Positions 10,601 to 19,857 of a stretch of 64,000 nt of DNA are shown here, piece after piece. Origin of the DNA: Escherichia phage vB_vPM_PD112; the sequence record NC_054928.1; one strand, 5' to 3'. A model generated the notes under the pieces. It ran no database searches and was not told the origin of the DNA. It was given only the letters and a program-made list of their open reading frames with translations. Position numbers and translations under genes: made by a program. Numbering within the stretch: the first letter of the stretch is position 1; every line of letters begins with the position of its first letter.

Positions 10601-11616
10601 TGTGTTGCCTCTACATATAACTGATTTGCATATTGAATAAGTGCTTCGCGGTCAGAATCAGTGATGTCTGGAATTGCATTAATGTATTCTTCCATCAACG
10701 TCTGAAGAGATTGAACTTCTACTTCTTCGCTATCATCTGACTCGACAGAGTTATCAATCTTTGACACAACTCGTAATGAATGCACAACTTTTTCTAGTTC
10801 AGATTCGAACTTCGTTAGATTTTTGTCTACTTCAGTTACTATAACACGTACTGATAGATTTGTAAAATCTTTATAGTCAATTTTTCCTTTAAATGGATAA
10901 TGAATTCTACGATGCCAGGTAGTATTGTTTGGAATAAATTCCATTCGTTCTGTTTCTGTATCAAACATCCAGAACCCACGAGGGTCATTCTCGTCACCTG
11001 CAGTTAGTGTCCATGGTGTCCCAATATATCTGACGTTAGCAGCCTCAGAGATAGTATGGAAGTGACCAGACCACACTTCTTTATAAGTCTTAAGGAAATC
11101 AGGTTCAAGACCGTGAGATTTCATTCCTTTATAAAAATAAAATCCATTCAGTTCCCAGTGACCAACACAAAAGGAAGCAGATGAAGTTTTAATATGTTCA
11201 AGAATTTCACCGGTATTTTCTTCACACATCCAAGGAATTAAATCAATCAAACACCCGTCAAAATCTACTGTAGTAGGCTTATCATATACTTTAACATTAG
11301 GATATTTAGCCAAAAGCTCAGTAGAAGCATTTGGATGCATTACATTTTTATAGTGGAGATCGTGATTTCCTACAATAGTATGTAATGTGATTCCAGCGTC
11401 ATCAAGCATTTGAACTATTTCACGGGCAAACTCCATAGTTTTATGCGTGATCGCTTTTCGTACATCAAAAATATCACCGTATTGAATCCAGGTAGTAATT
11501 CCATTTTTCTTAGAATATTCTATTGCTTGTTTAATTCCATCAATTTGAATACCGCGAATCCATTCATCATCAGCTTTAACGCCTAAATGCCAATCACCTA
11601 AATTTAAAATTTTCAT
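10597..11616 (-). CDS. 47: recombination nuclease subunit (Mre11/SbcD-like phosphoesterase)
   Basis: 339 aa; metallophosphatase motifs (GDWH, GNHD); T4 gp47 length. Confidence 0.9.
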   Translation of the reverse strand: MKILNLGDWHLGVKADDEWIRGIQIDGIKQAIEYSKKNGITTWIQYGDIFDVRKAITHKTMEFAREIVQMLDDAGITLHTIVGNHDLHYKNVMHPNASTELLAKYPNVKVYDKPTTVDFDGCLIDLIPWMCEENTGEILEHIKTSSASFCVGHWELNGFYFYKGMKSHGLEPDFLKTYKEVWSGHFHTISEAANVRYIGTPWTLTAGDENDPRGFWMFDTETERMEFIPNNTTWHRRIHYPFKGKIDYKDFTNLSVRVIVTEVDKNLTKFESELEKVVHSLRVVSKIDNSVESDDSEEVEVQSLQTLMEEYINAIPDITDSDREALIQYANQLYVEATQ

Positions 11617-11777
11617 ATATCAAGAACCGTCATTGAAATGCAAAATAAAATTATTGAAATAAACCCATCTGGTGTGCTAAAGAACCCAATCCAACACGCT
11701 CTGGTGAACAAATAAAACGCGAGAAAAAGTATCACATATCCAAGAAATATCATTATATCAAACTCCGTATAAAGCTA

Positions 11778-11794
11778 AAGGGCCGAAGCCCTTT
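11778..11794 (-). terminator. hairpin at end of a-gt
   Basis: aaagggccgaagcccttt overlapping the a-gt stop. Confidence 0.45.
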
Positions 11795-12995
11795 ATTTTG
11801 TAATAATGTCAAACTGCTCTTTAAAGCAGAAGCTTGAATCTTGGTGCTGATACAAAAATTCATAAGCTTTTTCGCGTTCACGGTCATAAAGAGCTCGGTC
11901 AGATGACAGTTCTTTAATACGTTCAAATGTTGATTCCATGTCATTTTCATCAAACCAAACGATACCGCTATCGTGCGAAATTAATGGAGTATTATCAACA
12001 CGGAATTTTAAATTTTCGCCAGTAGATTTCCAAAATACTGGAATTGTTCCACATGCACCAAGCTCGAGATGAGTATATTCTAAAGAACGCTGTAGATATT
12101 TTTTATCTAATTTACTCAGCTGATAACCAAATCCGGATTTACTCATGCGTTCAAGCATTTCGCTATTTACATAACGGTCGAGAATTTGCGTCGGCAAATT
12201 AGGAGCAATTTTAATTTGGTCTACTTGATGAAGACGATAATACTCGTATGGAATTCCTTTTTCTTTAATAGGAATGAAAGCTGGAGAACGTTCCAGACCT
12301 TCCATAATAGTACTTAGTCCTGCAGGTTTAAGATGTTTTTCGTGAAAATCAAACATCTGATAAAAGCCTTTCCATGTAGTAGTACGACCAATCCAACGGT
12401 TGATATTCATGTTAATTTCAGAAACATCTTTCCAGTAGGTTGATCGAACCTTCGCAATATCCATAGGAGGCTGAAAGTTATATACGGTCGGTGCTTCTTC
12501 AATATCATCAAACAGAGAAACAGTTTCCGGATACCATTCTTTCATCAAAACTTTATTAAAGTCACCATTATCAGAATGGCTAAAAATAACATCAGCTCGA
12601 CGAACAGTTTCTTCTAATCCCAAATTTCGGCGTAAAGAAAGAGAAGAATGGTCATGCTGATAAACTACAACACGAACCGAAGGTTTAATGTTATCAATAA
12701 TTTTTTTATAGTTATTAATAGTGTCTTCTTCTACTGAAGTAGCAGGAACTGAATTGATAATTAGAATATCACAATCATTTACCAACTTAAGTGTTTTATC
12801 GTATTCTTTTGCCAATAAAACCGGAATTGAAAATGACTTATAATCATGCGCGCAATTACGAGTAAATGATTTATCTTTAGCATAAACCAAAGTTACTTCA
12901 TGACCATTTTTAATAAACCAATCACGCTGCTCAAGAGAAAATTTAGTTACACCGCAACCTTCAAGACCTCGAGCCATAAAAATACATGCTTTCAT
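11793..12995 (-). CDS. a-gt: alpha-glucosyltransferase (HMC-DNA glucosylation)
   Basis: 400 aa, near-identical to remembered T4 a-gt with a few substitutions. Confidence 0.9.
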   Translation of the reverse strand: MKACIFMARGLEGCGVTKFSLEQRDWFIKNGHEVTLVYAKDKSFTRNCAHDYKSFSIPVLLAKEYDKTLKLVNDCDILIINSVPATSVEEDTINNYKKIIDNIKPSVRVVVYQHDHSSLSLRRNLGLEETVRRADVIFSHSDNGDFNKVLMKEWYPETVSLFDDIEEAPTVYNFQPPMDIAKVRSTYWKDVSEINMNINRWIGRTTTWKGFYQMFDFHEKHLKPAGLSTIMEGLERSPAFIPIKEKGIPYEYYRLHQVDQIKIAPNLPTQILDRYVNSEMLERMSKSGFGYQLSKLDKKYLQRSLEYTHLELGACGTIPVFWKSTGENLKFRVDNTPLISHDSGIVWFDENDMESTFERIKELSSDRALYDREREKAYEFLYQHQDSSFCFKEQFDIITK

Positions 12996-13019
12996 TTAAT
13001 ATCCTCATTGTTTTGGTTT

Positions 13020-13044
13020 ATTTTACCAAAAATTTATAAAGCAA
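13020..13044 (-). promoter_or_regulatory. candidate middle promoter for a-gt (MotA box TTGCTTTA, -10 TAAAAT)
   Basis: Minus-strand read TTGCTTTAtaaatttttggTAAAAT about 25 bp upstream of the a-gt ATG. Confidence 0.4.
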
Positions 13045-13046
13045 TA

Positions 13047-13064
13047 TAGGAGCCGAAGCTCCTA
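13047..13064 (-). terminator. hairpin (ggagccGAAGctcc)
   Basis: Inverted repeat taggagccgaagctccta. Confidence 0.4.
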
Positions 13065-13238
13065 TCCACATAATACACCATACAGAGGCTCATTAGAGCT
13101 TCTAAATTTTATACGTTTATATGTTATAGTTCCTTCTGCTTTAGCTTTATCATGAGACTCTTTAAAGCGCCTCATCATTTCTACTTTAGAGGAACGAATT
13201 TTATTATAATCTATTTCAGAAGTCTGGGTGTTCATCTT

Positions 13239-13445
13239 TCACAGTTGCCACCATTTTTTGACTTGATAAGAATCAACCCACACTTTCATATTAGGGTCTG
13301 CTCTTACAATAGGAGGATTAACTTCTTTAATTGAACTATCATGGTATTCTTTTTCAGAAATTTTCACGCAAAGATGACCATTCAAAGATTCAGTAAATCC
13401 TGCATTAATTTTAAGACGCTTGAATTTTACGTGTGTAAGCATCAA
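13239..13445 (-). CDS. hypothetical protein
   Basis: 68 aa ORF. Confidence 0.35.
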   Translation of the reverse strand: MMLTHVKFKRLKINAGFTESLNGHLCVKISEKEYHDSSIKEVNPPIVRADPNMKVWVDSYQVKKWWQL

Positions 13446-13728
13446 TCATATCCTCAATCTGCGATCTAGTAGTCTTCCAAAGAATACTGATGAGTTCATC
13501 GTTATATGGCTGTTTTAGAATATCCCGACTTTTCTTGATAGCATATTCGTATTGAGCAAAATTATTATTTTCAGCTGCAATCTGAGCGTGCTTATAAAGA
13601 CGATTCAGTTCGCGTTTGTTTTTAGACAATAACTTATTTGCTTTTCTTTCTGCTTCAAGACGGTTCTTTTCTTCAATAGAAGAAATAAGCTTTTCCACTT
13701 CATCATTAATTTCGGGTTTATCAGTCAT
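13411..13728 (-). CDS. hypothetical protein, coiled-coil
   Basis: 105 aa ORF. Confidence 0.45.
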   Translation of the reverse strand: MTDKPEINDEVEKLISSIEEKNRLEAERKANKLLSKNKRELNRLYKHAQIAAENNNFAQYEYAIKKSRDILKQPYNDELISILWKTTRSQIEDMIDAYTRKIQAS

Positions 13729-13729
13729 A

Positions 13730-13948
13730 TTATTTCTCTAATATAAAATAAAAATCATCATCTGTTAAATGATACCGATAGTTTAATTCTACACCATTAG
13801 ATTTAAAAGCGGTATCATACGGATTTTCTGGATCAATATCAATGTCAAGAGCTAAAACTTCCCTGAGATACATTTTAAGTAAATAGGGAATAGCTTCAAC
13901 TTCAGGTATTTCTTCCAAGAATCCGGAGAGGTTAATCGTTAGCCTCAT
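13730..13948 (-). CDS. hypothetical protein
   Basis: 72 aa ORF. Confidence 0.4.
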
Positions 13949-14489
13949 ATAAAAAATCCAAACTAGGAGAATCGTCTACAACACTTTTCTTTTCAGCCCC
14001 CGGTGTTCTATAGGTTGATTCTTCGTAATGCGTCATTTTATCGTAGATGTCTTGAATAAAAGTTTCATCTACTAACGCAACCATATCGTCGTCACGACTG
14101 TCATAGACATTGTGAACGAAGTAACTATATTTCTTTGCAACTTCCTTACGTTCTTTTTTAATACGCTGGACGAATGCATTAAAACAAGCTTGAGTTATAT
14201 ATGCATGTGGGTTTTTATATTTCGTTTCATCAAAATTATGAAGCCCCTTAATAGAAGCTTCTATACCATCTGCAATCATTTCTTGTTTCCAAGATTGGGT
14301 GTATCCTGAAAAGTTGAAACGTTTAGATAAGCCTTCTGCAATAAGCATAATGGCTAATCCGATAGTATCATTCTGACGAACTACTTTATTTGGGTCTTTA
14401 TTATTTGCTAATTCTGTTTTCCAATCAATAATAGCTTGTAAAAGCTCTTTATTGTTTACGTAATTATATTTAGGCTTAGTTTCTGACAT
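13932..14489 (-). CDS. 55: late transcription sigma factor gp55; probable ATG at 14489 ([10 protein letters not shown])
   Basis: Matches T4 gp55 (185 aa). Confidence 0.9.
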
Positions 14490-14567
14490 TTTCACCTCTT
14501 AGCTCAATTCATAGATCTATTATATCATAATATTTTAAGATCTATCTTAAAGCATAGAGGATATCAG

Positions 14568-14837
14568 TTATCTAAGTAAACAGTATGCTTGGAACACTTT
14601 CTCCATCATCTTTTTAAATTCATGAATATCTATGTAATGATCATTAATATCAGCACGATATAAAAAGTCTAAAAACTTTTCATGTGTGCTAACATATTCA
14701 CTTTCATTTAATTCAGAAACATGGCTTTCCCAATATCCAACACCAGTCTTATTTGGGAAAAATGAAATTTTCATATATTGGTCAACATAGAAAATTCCAT
14801 AATTTTCAATAGTAATAGAAATATTAATAAATTTCAT
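14568..14837 (-). CDS. hypothetical protein (55.x block)
   Basis: 89 aa ORF. Confidence 0.4.
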   Translation of the reverse strand: MKFINISITIENYGIFYVDQYMKISFFPNKTGVGYWESHVSELNESEYVSTHEKFLDFLYRADINDHYIDIHEFKKMMEKVFQAYCLLR

Positions 14838-15055
14838 GTATTCATCAACTTAGCCGCTTCAAGAGCTGCATCTAGTGAATCAAATTGATCGACATATTCA
14901 ATCAATTCGCCGTAATTAGCGTATAACCACCATTGGCTAAATTCATACTCAAGGATGAATCCATTTCCTTCAATTTGAGTTAAACCAATGCCGTTTGTAT
15001 TTACTTCATATCCGGCAAGACGCAAATCGTTAATAAGAGCTTCGTTCATATTCAT
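14834..15055 (-). CDS. hypothetical protein (55.x block)
   Basis: 73 aa ORF, coupled stop/start. Confidence 0.4.
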   Translation of the reverse strand: MNMNEALINDLRLAGYEVNTNGIGLTQIEGNGFILEYEFSQWWLYANYGELIEYVDQFDSLDAALEAAKLMNT

Positions 15056-15378
15056 ACCTTAGCAATTTTCAGGTCAGCAAATTTTTTCTTGCGTTGATTT
15101 TTCATACGACGAATAGTTTTATCAGAAATTTCATGCTTTTGATAAGCTTTAGATTCTACGCCAAAAGCTTTAACATCAAATTCTGACAAGATATATTGAA
15201 CCAACAATTCACGAATAGTATTTCGTCCAATTTTCTGATCATTCTGTTTCATCATCTGATGAAGCTCTTTTTCCCATTTATCCAAAATTTGAGGAGTTAC
15301 AATATCGCCTTTTTCTAGCAGAGAAACTACTTTATCATATGCATAAGAATTGATGGCGTTTTTAATTTGAATAGTCAT
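15052..15378 (-). CDS. hypothetical protein (55.x block)
   Basis: 108 aa ORF. Confidence 0.45.
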   Translation of the reverse strand: MTIQIKNAINSYAYDKVVSLLEKGDIVTPQILDKWEKELHQMMKQNDQKIGRNTIRELLVQYILSEFDVKAFGVESKAYQKHEISDKTIRRMKNQRKKKFADLKIAKV

Positions 15379-15416
15379 ACATTATCCTCAATTGCGTTAA
15401 AATTTTATTATCCAAA

Positions 15417-15432
15417 AAGGGCCGAAGCCCTT
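15417..15432 (-). terminator. hairpin (gggccGAAGccc)
   Basis: aagggccgaagccctt inverted repeat. Confidence 0.4.
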
Positions 15433-15631
15433 AGCTAAACTGTTTGGCGCCCTTCCAGCCTTCGTACATCATTGCGGCTGATATTAATATTGCCCCTGAA
15501 CAGCTTGAATATTTGTGATTCCAAAACCAGTTCAGAAAAACTTCGTCATCAATACCTTGGGCTATCATATTTTCAAAGAACTGACGACGAGCTTCGGCAA
15601 TTCGTTGCGATAATTTAGATTCAGGATTCAT
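15431..15631 (-). CDS. hypothetical protein
   Basis: 66 aa ORF. Confidence 0.35.
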   Translation of the reverse strand: MNPESKLSQRIAEARRQFFENMIAQGIDDEVFLNWFWNHKYSSCSGAILISAAMMYEGWKGAKQFS

Positions 15632-15847
15632 TTAAATTTTCCAATTGCCGTTTTCATCAATGAATTTAATCCAGTCATTTACTGACCACTTGGTCGTATC
15701 ACCTTTTGGAGCAACATTTAAAGTGTATAATCCTTGTTTAAAAAGCATACGTTTGATATTCATATTTTCCTCAGCTGTAACGATAGCACTCGTTTGATTT
15801 ACGTTTAGCAACTCGTTGAGAAGTATTATAATCAAAATCGTCATCAA
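15632..15847 (-). CDS. hypothetical protein
   Basis: 71 aa ORF. Confidence 0.35.
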   Translation of the reverse strand: MMTILIIILLNELLNVNQTSAIVTAEENMNIKRMLFKQGLYTLNVAPKGDTTKWSVNDWIKFIDENGNWKI

Positions 15848-16064
15848 TGTAAACTGATTTTTTCAACTTTCTTACTTCACTACGTAATTGACGATTTAAC
15901 TCATCTTTAACTTCTGAATCAATGCCTTTCATTCTACGCCATTTATCTGAGCGAAAAATGTTTTCAACCATATCTTTATGACTTACGCCATCAGGAGCTT
16001 TGCGCTTTCCAAAATAGTCATAATCACGTACTTTTAAATCTTTACGACGATATGTTTTACCCAT
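15771..16064 (-). CDS. hypothetical basic protein; start probably internal (MGKTYRRKD)
   Basis: Lys/Arg-rich ORF. Confidence 0.4.
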   Translation of the reverse strand: MGKTYRRKDLKVRDYDYFGKRKAPDGVSHKDMVENIFRSDKWRRMKGIDSEVKDELNRQLRSEVRKLKKSVYIDDDFDYNTSQRVAKRKSNECYRYS

Positions 16065-16239
16065 GGAGTTTAATTTCCTTAGCAACTGAACTAAATACAG
16101 CACGATCACAAATCATCTGTTTATGTAACTTAAGTATAAGATAATAAACTTCAAAACCGTTTACATAAGTAACACGAACAACATTACCATTAATAAAATA
16201 ATATTGTCCCTTTTTAATTTCTTTATCAACCACAACCAT
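16057..16239 (-). CDS. hypothetical protein
   Basis: 60 aa ORF with early promoter upstream. Confidence 0.4.
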   Translation of the reverse strand: MVVVDKEIKKGQYYFINGNVVRVTYVNGFEVYYLILKLHKQMICDRAVFSSVAKEIKLHG

Positions 16240-16265
16240 ATCAATTCCTCAAAGGTAATTCATAT

Positions 16266-16299
16266 GTTAATAATACCACAGTTTGAACTTGTTGTAAAC
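16266..16299 (-). promoter_or_regulatory. T4-type early promoter
   Basis: Minus-strand read GTTTACAacaagttcaaactgtgGTATTATTAAC. Confidence 0.55.
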
Positions 16300-16380
16300 A
16301 ACTTTGTGAAAAATATTTTAGGGAATGATAAGAAAGGAACGATAGCTTAGAATGGTAATATACAGAATGTGAAAAAGAAA

Positions 16381-16394
16381 GGCCCAGAGGGCCC
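16381..16394 (-). terminator. hairpin terminator followed by U-run
   Basis: ggcccagagggccc; minus-strand downstream tttcttttt. Confidence 0.55.
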
Positions 16395-16397
16395 GTC

Positions 16398-16718
16398 TTA
16401 ATCTTCTATGATATCTCTATCATATCCAAGTGAAATGAGAGTTTCTTTGAAGTGTTTAATGTTCTTTTGTCTAGAATCATTAATGAAAATGACTGGATAA
16501 CGAATGTTAAGAGATGTGAATCCAGCGCGTTTAGCAAGAGATACAATCAGTGGACGATCATACTCAATCTTACCATTATTTGTAAGAACTTTATAGAAAG
16601 TAAAAGGAGCATTGAGCTCCTTTAGAAGTTTTGTAACTGATTGACATCCAGGACAACGACCTACTTCATCTGGAATTCCATAGACTTCAATCTTATTCTT
16701 TGAGTTCGAGTTTTGTTC
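16398..16718 (-). CDS. nrdH: glutaredoxin-like NrdH; start uncertain (GTG at 16718 suggested, track ORF extends to 16850)
   Basis: CPGC redox motif and cis-Pro region YPVIFIN typical of glutaredoxin fold. Confidence 0.6.
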   Translation of the reverse strand, partial: EQNSNSKNKIEVYGIPDEVGRCPGCQSVTKLLKELNAPFTFYKVLTNNGKIEYDRPLIVSLAKRAGFTSLNIRYPVIFINDSRQKNIKHFKETLISLGYDRDIIED

Positions 16719-17004
16719 CACGAGAAATAATTCCTTGATAAGCCCAGTATGGCGGGTTAACAGAATCATCGCCAGAATTTTCTTCAGGAAAATAAACCTG
16801 GATAACAAATCCAGATGCATCAAAGGTAAAATAAACCGTAGGCAGTTCACCTAACAATTCAGCACGAGCATTAATTTCTTCGAGATCTCGTTCACGTCCA
16901 GCCCAAAAACTAGGATTTAGACTACATTCATAGAAATAATAGTCATTACCGAACATATCAAAACCCTTCCAACTCTCTACCACATATCGCTCAAAACTAA
17001 TCAT
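16693..17004 (-). CDS. hypothetical protein
   Basis: 103 aa ORF. Confidence 0.4.
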   Translation of the reverse strand: MISFERYVVESWKGFDMFGNDYYFYECSLNPSFWAGRERDLEEINARAELLGELPTVYFTFDASGFVIQVYFPEENSGDDSVNPPYWAYQGIISRGTKLELKE

Positions 17005-17006
17005 AA

Positions 17007-17222
17007 TTAGGCCTTTTTATCAAGAACAGCATTTAGTTTGTTAGTAATTTTATCCAGACGCTCATTGAACTCGCTAGAAGATAGTCCTTTTTCTGGAGAA
17101 ATTAAGCTAATCACGAAAAATATAGCAATAAAAGGAATAAGAAAAATAGCACCAACTGCCATAAACAAAAAGAACGTTACAGTTGTAAGAAAATCAGCTA
17201 AACCTTTACGAAATTTATACAT
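17007..17222 (-). CDS. small membrane protein (two TM segments)
   Basis: 71 aa, hydrophobic hairpin. Confidence 0.45.
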   Translation of the reverse strand: MYKFRKGLADFLTTVTFFLFMAVGAIFLIPFIAIFFVISLISPEKGLSSSEFNERLDKITNKLNAVLDKKA

Positions 17223-17337
17223 ATTTTACCCTTAATTGATTAACCAAGCATTGATAAGCACTAAACTATACTGTGAATAAAATTCTGGACCAAAATGAAA
17301 AATCATATCATTTATAGTATCCATAATGTAATTCAAT

Positions 17338-17808
17338 TTAATCATGTTTCCACACCCCATCGGTATTTGACCAAAGTCGCTGATTATCTGATCCTCGCCA
17401 CAGCTTTTTGGTCGGAAGATTTTTCTCATACTTCCCATCAATAATAACATCAACATATTTAAGCATTTCTAGTTGTTTAATATCTTCAAACTTATATCCT
17501 GTCCACAACCAAATGCTTTTATTGGGATAAAGATTTTTTACTGTTTGAACAATGCAATGAACATCATCTCGGTTATCAGGATAAAGAGGGTCTCCTCCAG
17601 TTATAGTTAATCCTTCTATATAATCATTATTCAAACATTCAATTAATTGTTCTAGTGTTTCACCAGTGAATGGAACGCCATTTCTAGCATTCCATGTTGA
17701 TTTATTATAACACCCTTCACATTTATGCAAACACCCCGTAACGAAAAGAACGACCCTGCATCCAGGGCCATTTACAAAGCAGCACGGGTATATTCTGTCA
17801 TAATTCAT
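17338..17808 (-). CDS. nrdG: anaerobic ribonucleotide reductase activating protein (radical SAM)
   Basis: Cys cluster CxxxCxxC (GCLHKCEGCYN); adjacent nrdD. Confidence 0.85.
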   Translation of the reverse strand: MNYDRIYPCCFVNGPGCRVVLFVTGCLHKCEGCYNKSTWNARNGVPFTGETLEQLIECLNNDYIEGLTITGGDPLYPDNRDDVHCIVQTVKNLYPNKSIWLWTGYKFEDIKQLEMLKYVDVIIDGKYEKNLPTKKLWRGSDNQRLWSNTDGVWKHD

Positions 17809-18047
17809 AATAATATCCAATTTTTCCAAGCTTCATCAGTAGAATTACAGCGTTTTAGTATAAGATGTCTAGAAACTTTTATGGCATTTGAGCACTTTTT
17901 AATTGAATCATATTTTAATAAAGCGGCACGAATCAATGTTCCTGACCCCATATAACCGTCATTTATGTTATCGGTGCTATGCGCACCGATATATTCCTTT
18001 GAATTAATTATATTTGTTATTTTATAAATTATATAATACCTATGCAT
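17805..18047 (-). pseudogene. truncated GIY-YIG homing endonuclease remnant (segB-like N-terminal half only)
   Basis: YIIYKITNIINSKEYIGAHSTDNINDGYMGSG parallels segB N-terminus; 80 aa, no DNA-binding domain; fills nrdG-nrdD gap. Confidence 0.5.
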
Positions 18048-19857
18048 GTTTTACTCGTTTTACCATTTCTTTCATTTTACCTAAATTCCATGGAACAACG
18101 CTAGGAGTTCCAAGATATCCGCATGTTCTTCTTATGGTGTTCATCTTTTTAGGATCAGTTTCTCCACAAATAGAACAAACAAATCCGTTCTCGGTTGGAG
18201 TCATTTCATGGGTACTTCCACACGTAAAACATTTATCTACTGGCATATTAACGCCAAAATAATCTAAATGTTGTGCAGCATAATCCCATACAGCCTCAAG
18301 GCCTTTTAGGTTATTTTTCATATCAGGAAGTTCAACATAAGAAATGTGACCGCCTGTCGCGATGAAATGATATGGGGCTTCGCGAGAAATCTTTTCAAAT
18401 GGAGTAATATTTTCTTCTACTGAAACGTGGAAACTGTTAGTGTACCAGCCTTTATCAGTAACATCTTTTACACTTCCATATTTTTCGGTATCAAGTTTAC
18501 AGAAGCGATAGCACAGGTTTTCAGCAGGAGTAGAATACAAGCTAAAAGCAAATCCGGTTCTTTCAGTCCACTGCTTAAGATGAGTATTCATTTTAGTTAA
18601 AATTTCTTGTCCAATATCACGACCGACAAGAATATTCAATTCGTGAATACCAATGTATCCTAGGGACACTGAACTTCTACCATTTTTAAATAACTCAATT
18701 ATATCGTCATCAGGTTTAAGACGAACCCCGAATGCACCTTCCTGGTAAAGAATAGGAGCAACAGTAGCTTTAACTCCTTTTAAGGAACTAATTCTACACA
18801 TCAATGCTTCAAAACATAAATCCATTCGTTCATTGAACAATTCGGCAAATTTCTGTTCATTGAACTGTGTTCCAATATAAGAATCTAATGCAATACGAGG
18901 AAGATTCAGTGTTACAACACCAAGATTATTACGTCCATCAAGAATTTCATTACCAGTCGAATCTTTCCATACGCCCAAGAAACTACGGCAACCCATTGGA
19001 GAAACAGGAATAGATGAACCGGTGATAGCTTTATTGTTCTTAGCCGAAATGATGTCAGGATACATTCTTTTGCTTGCGCACTCTAAAGCAAGCTGCTTAA
19101 TATCATAGTTCGGATCGTCTTTATAAAGATTAACACCTTCTTCAACGAACATAACAAGTTTAGGGAAAATAGGAGTTATCCCATCACGACCGAGACCTTT
19201 AATACGATTTTTCAGAATTGCTTTCTGAATCATTCGTTCAGTCCAGTCAGTTCCCGTACCAAATGTAATTGTTACAAAAGGAGTTTGTCCGTTTGAACTA
19301 AAGAGAGTATTTACTTCATATTCATAAGCTTGGAACGCATCGTATACGTCTTTTTCTGTTTTAGATTGGGCATAATTCAACGCATCAGTGATTTGCCATT
19401 TTTCCGCGTCCTCAATATGTTTCGCATAGGTGCGTTTAACATAAGGAGAAAGTACTTTATCTACATTCGCAAAAGTCGTTCCGCCATATTGATGAGAAGC
19501 AACCTGTGCAGTAATTTGTGCCATAATTGCAGTAGCAACGCCAATTGATTTAGGAGTTTCAATCTGTGCATTACCGAGCTTAAATCCGTTCTCAAGCATT
19601 CCTTTTAAATCTACTAAACAGCAATTAGTAAAAGGCAATGATATACTGTAATCTAAATCATGAAAATGAATTAACCCGGCATTATGAGCATTTACAATAT
19701 GGCTTGGAAGAATACTGCAAGCGATATGTTTAGAAACAATACCGGCCATTAAATCTCTTTTTGTTGGAAAGACACGAGAATCTTTGTTGGCGTTTTCGGT
19801 ATTTAATTCTTTATCTTTATTTGAAATAAAATTTAAAACATCTTTCTCTAAAGACAT
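18040..19857 (-). CDS. nrdD: anaerobic ribonucleoside-triphosphate reductase (uninterrupted, no intron)
   Basis: 605 aa contiguous ORF, T4 NrdD length; C-terminal Zn-ribbon CxxC...CxxC and glycyl-radical region. Confidence 0.9.
   Translation of the reverse strand: MSLEKDVLNFISNKDKELNTENANKDSRVFPTKRDLMAGIVSKHIACSILPSHIVNAHNAGLIHFHDLDYSISLPFTNCCLVDLKGMLENGFKLGNAQIETPKSIGVATAIMAQITAQVASHQYGGTTFANVDKVLSPYVKRTYAKHIEDAEKWQITDALNYAQSKTEKDVYDAFQAYEYEVNTLFSSNGQTPFVTITFGTGTDWTERMIQKAILKNRIKGLGRDGITPIFPKLVMFVEEGVNLYKDDPNYDIKQLALECASKRMYPDIISAKNNKAITGSSIPVSPMGCRSFLGVWKDSTGNEILDGRNNLGVVTLNLPRIALDSYIGTQFNEQKFAELFNERMDLCFEALMCRISSLKGVKATVAPILYQEGAFGVRLKPDDDIIELFKNGRSSVSLGYIGIHELNILVGRDIGQEILTKMNTHLKQWTERTGFAFSLYSTPAENLCYRFCKLDTEKYGSVKDVTDKGWYTNSFHVSVEENITPFEKISREAPYHFIATGGHISYVELPDMKNNLKGLEAVWDYAAQHLDYFGVNMPVDKCFTCGSTHEMTPTENGFVCSICGETDPKKMNTIRRTCGYLGTPSVVPWNLGKMKEMVKRVKHA

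Noticed and set aside
18040-19857. Expected group I intron with I-TevII-type endonuclease inside nrdD
   Set aside because: nrdD is a single uninterrupted 605-codon ORF; no intron is present.
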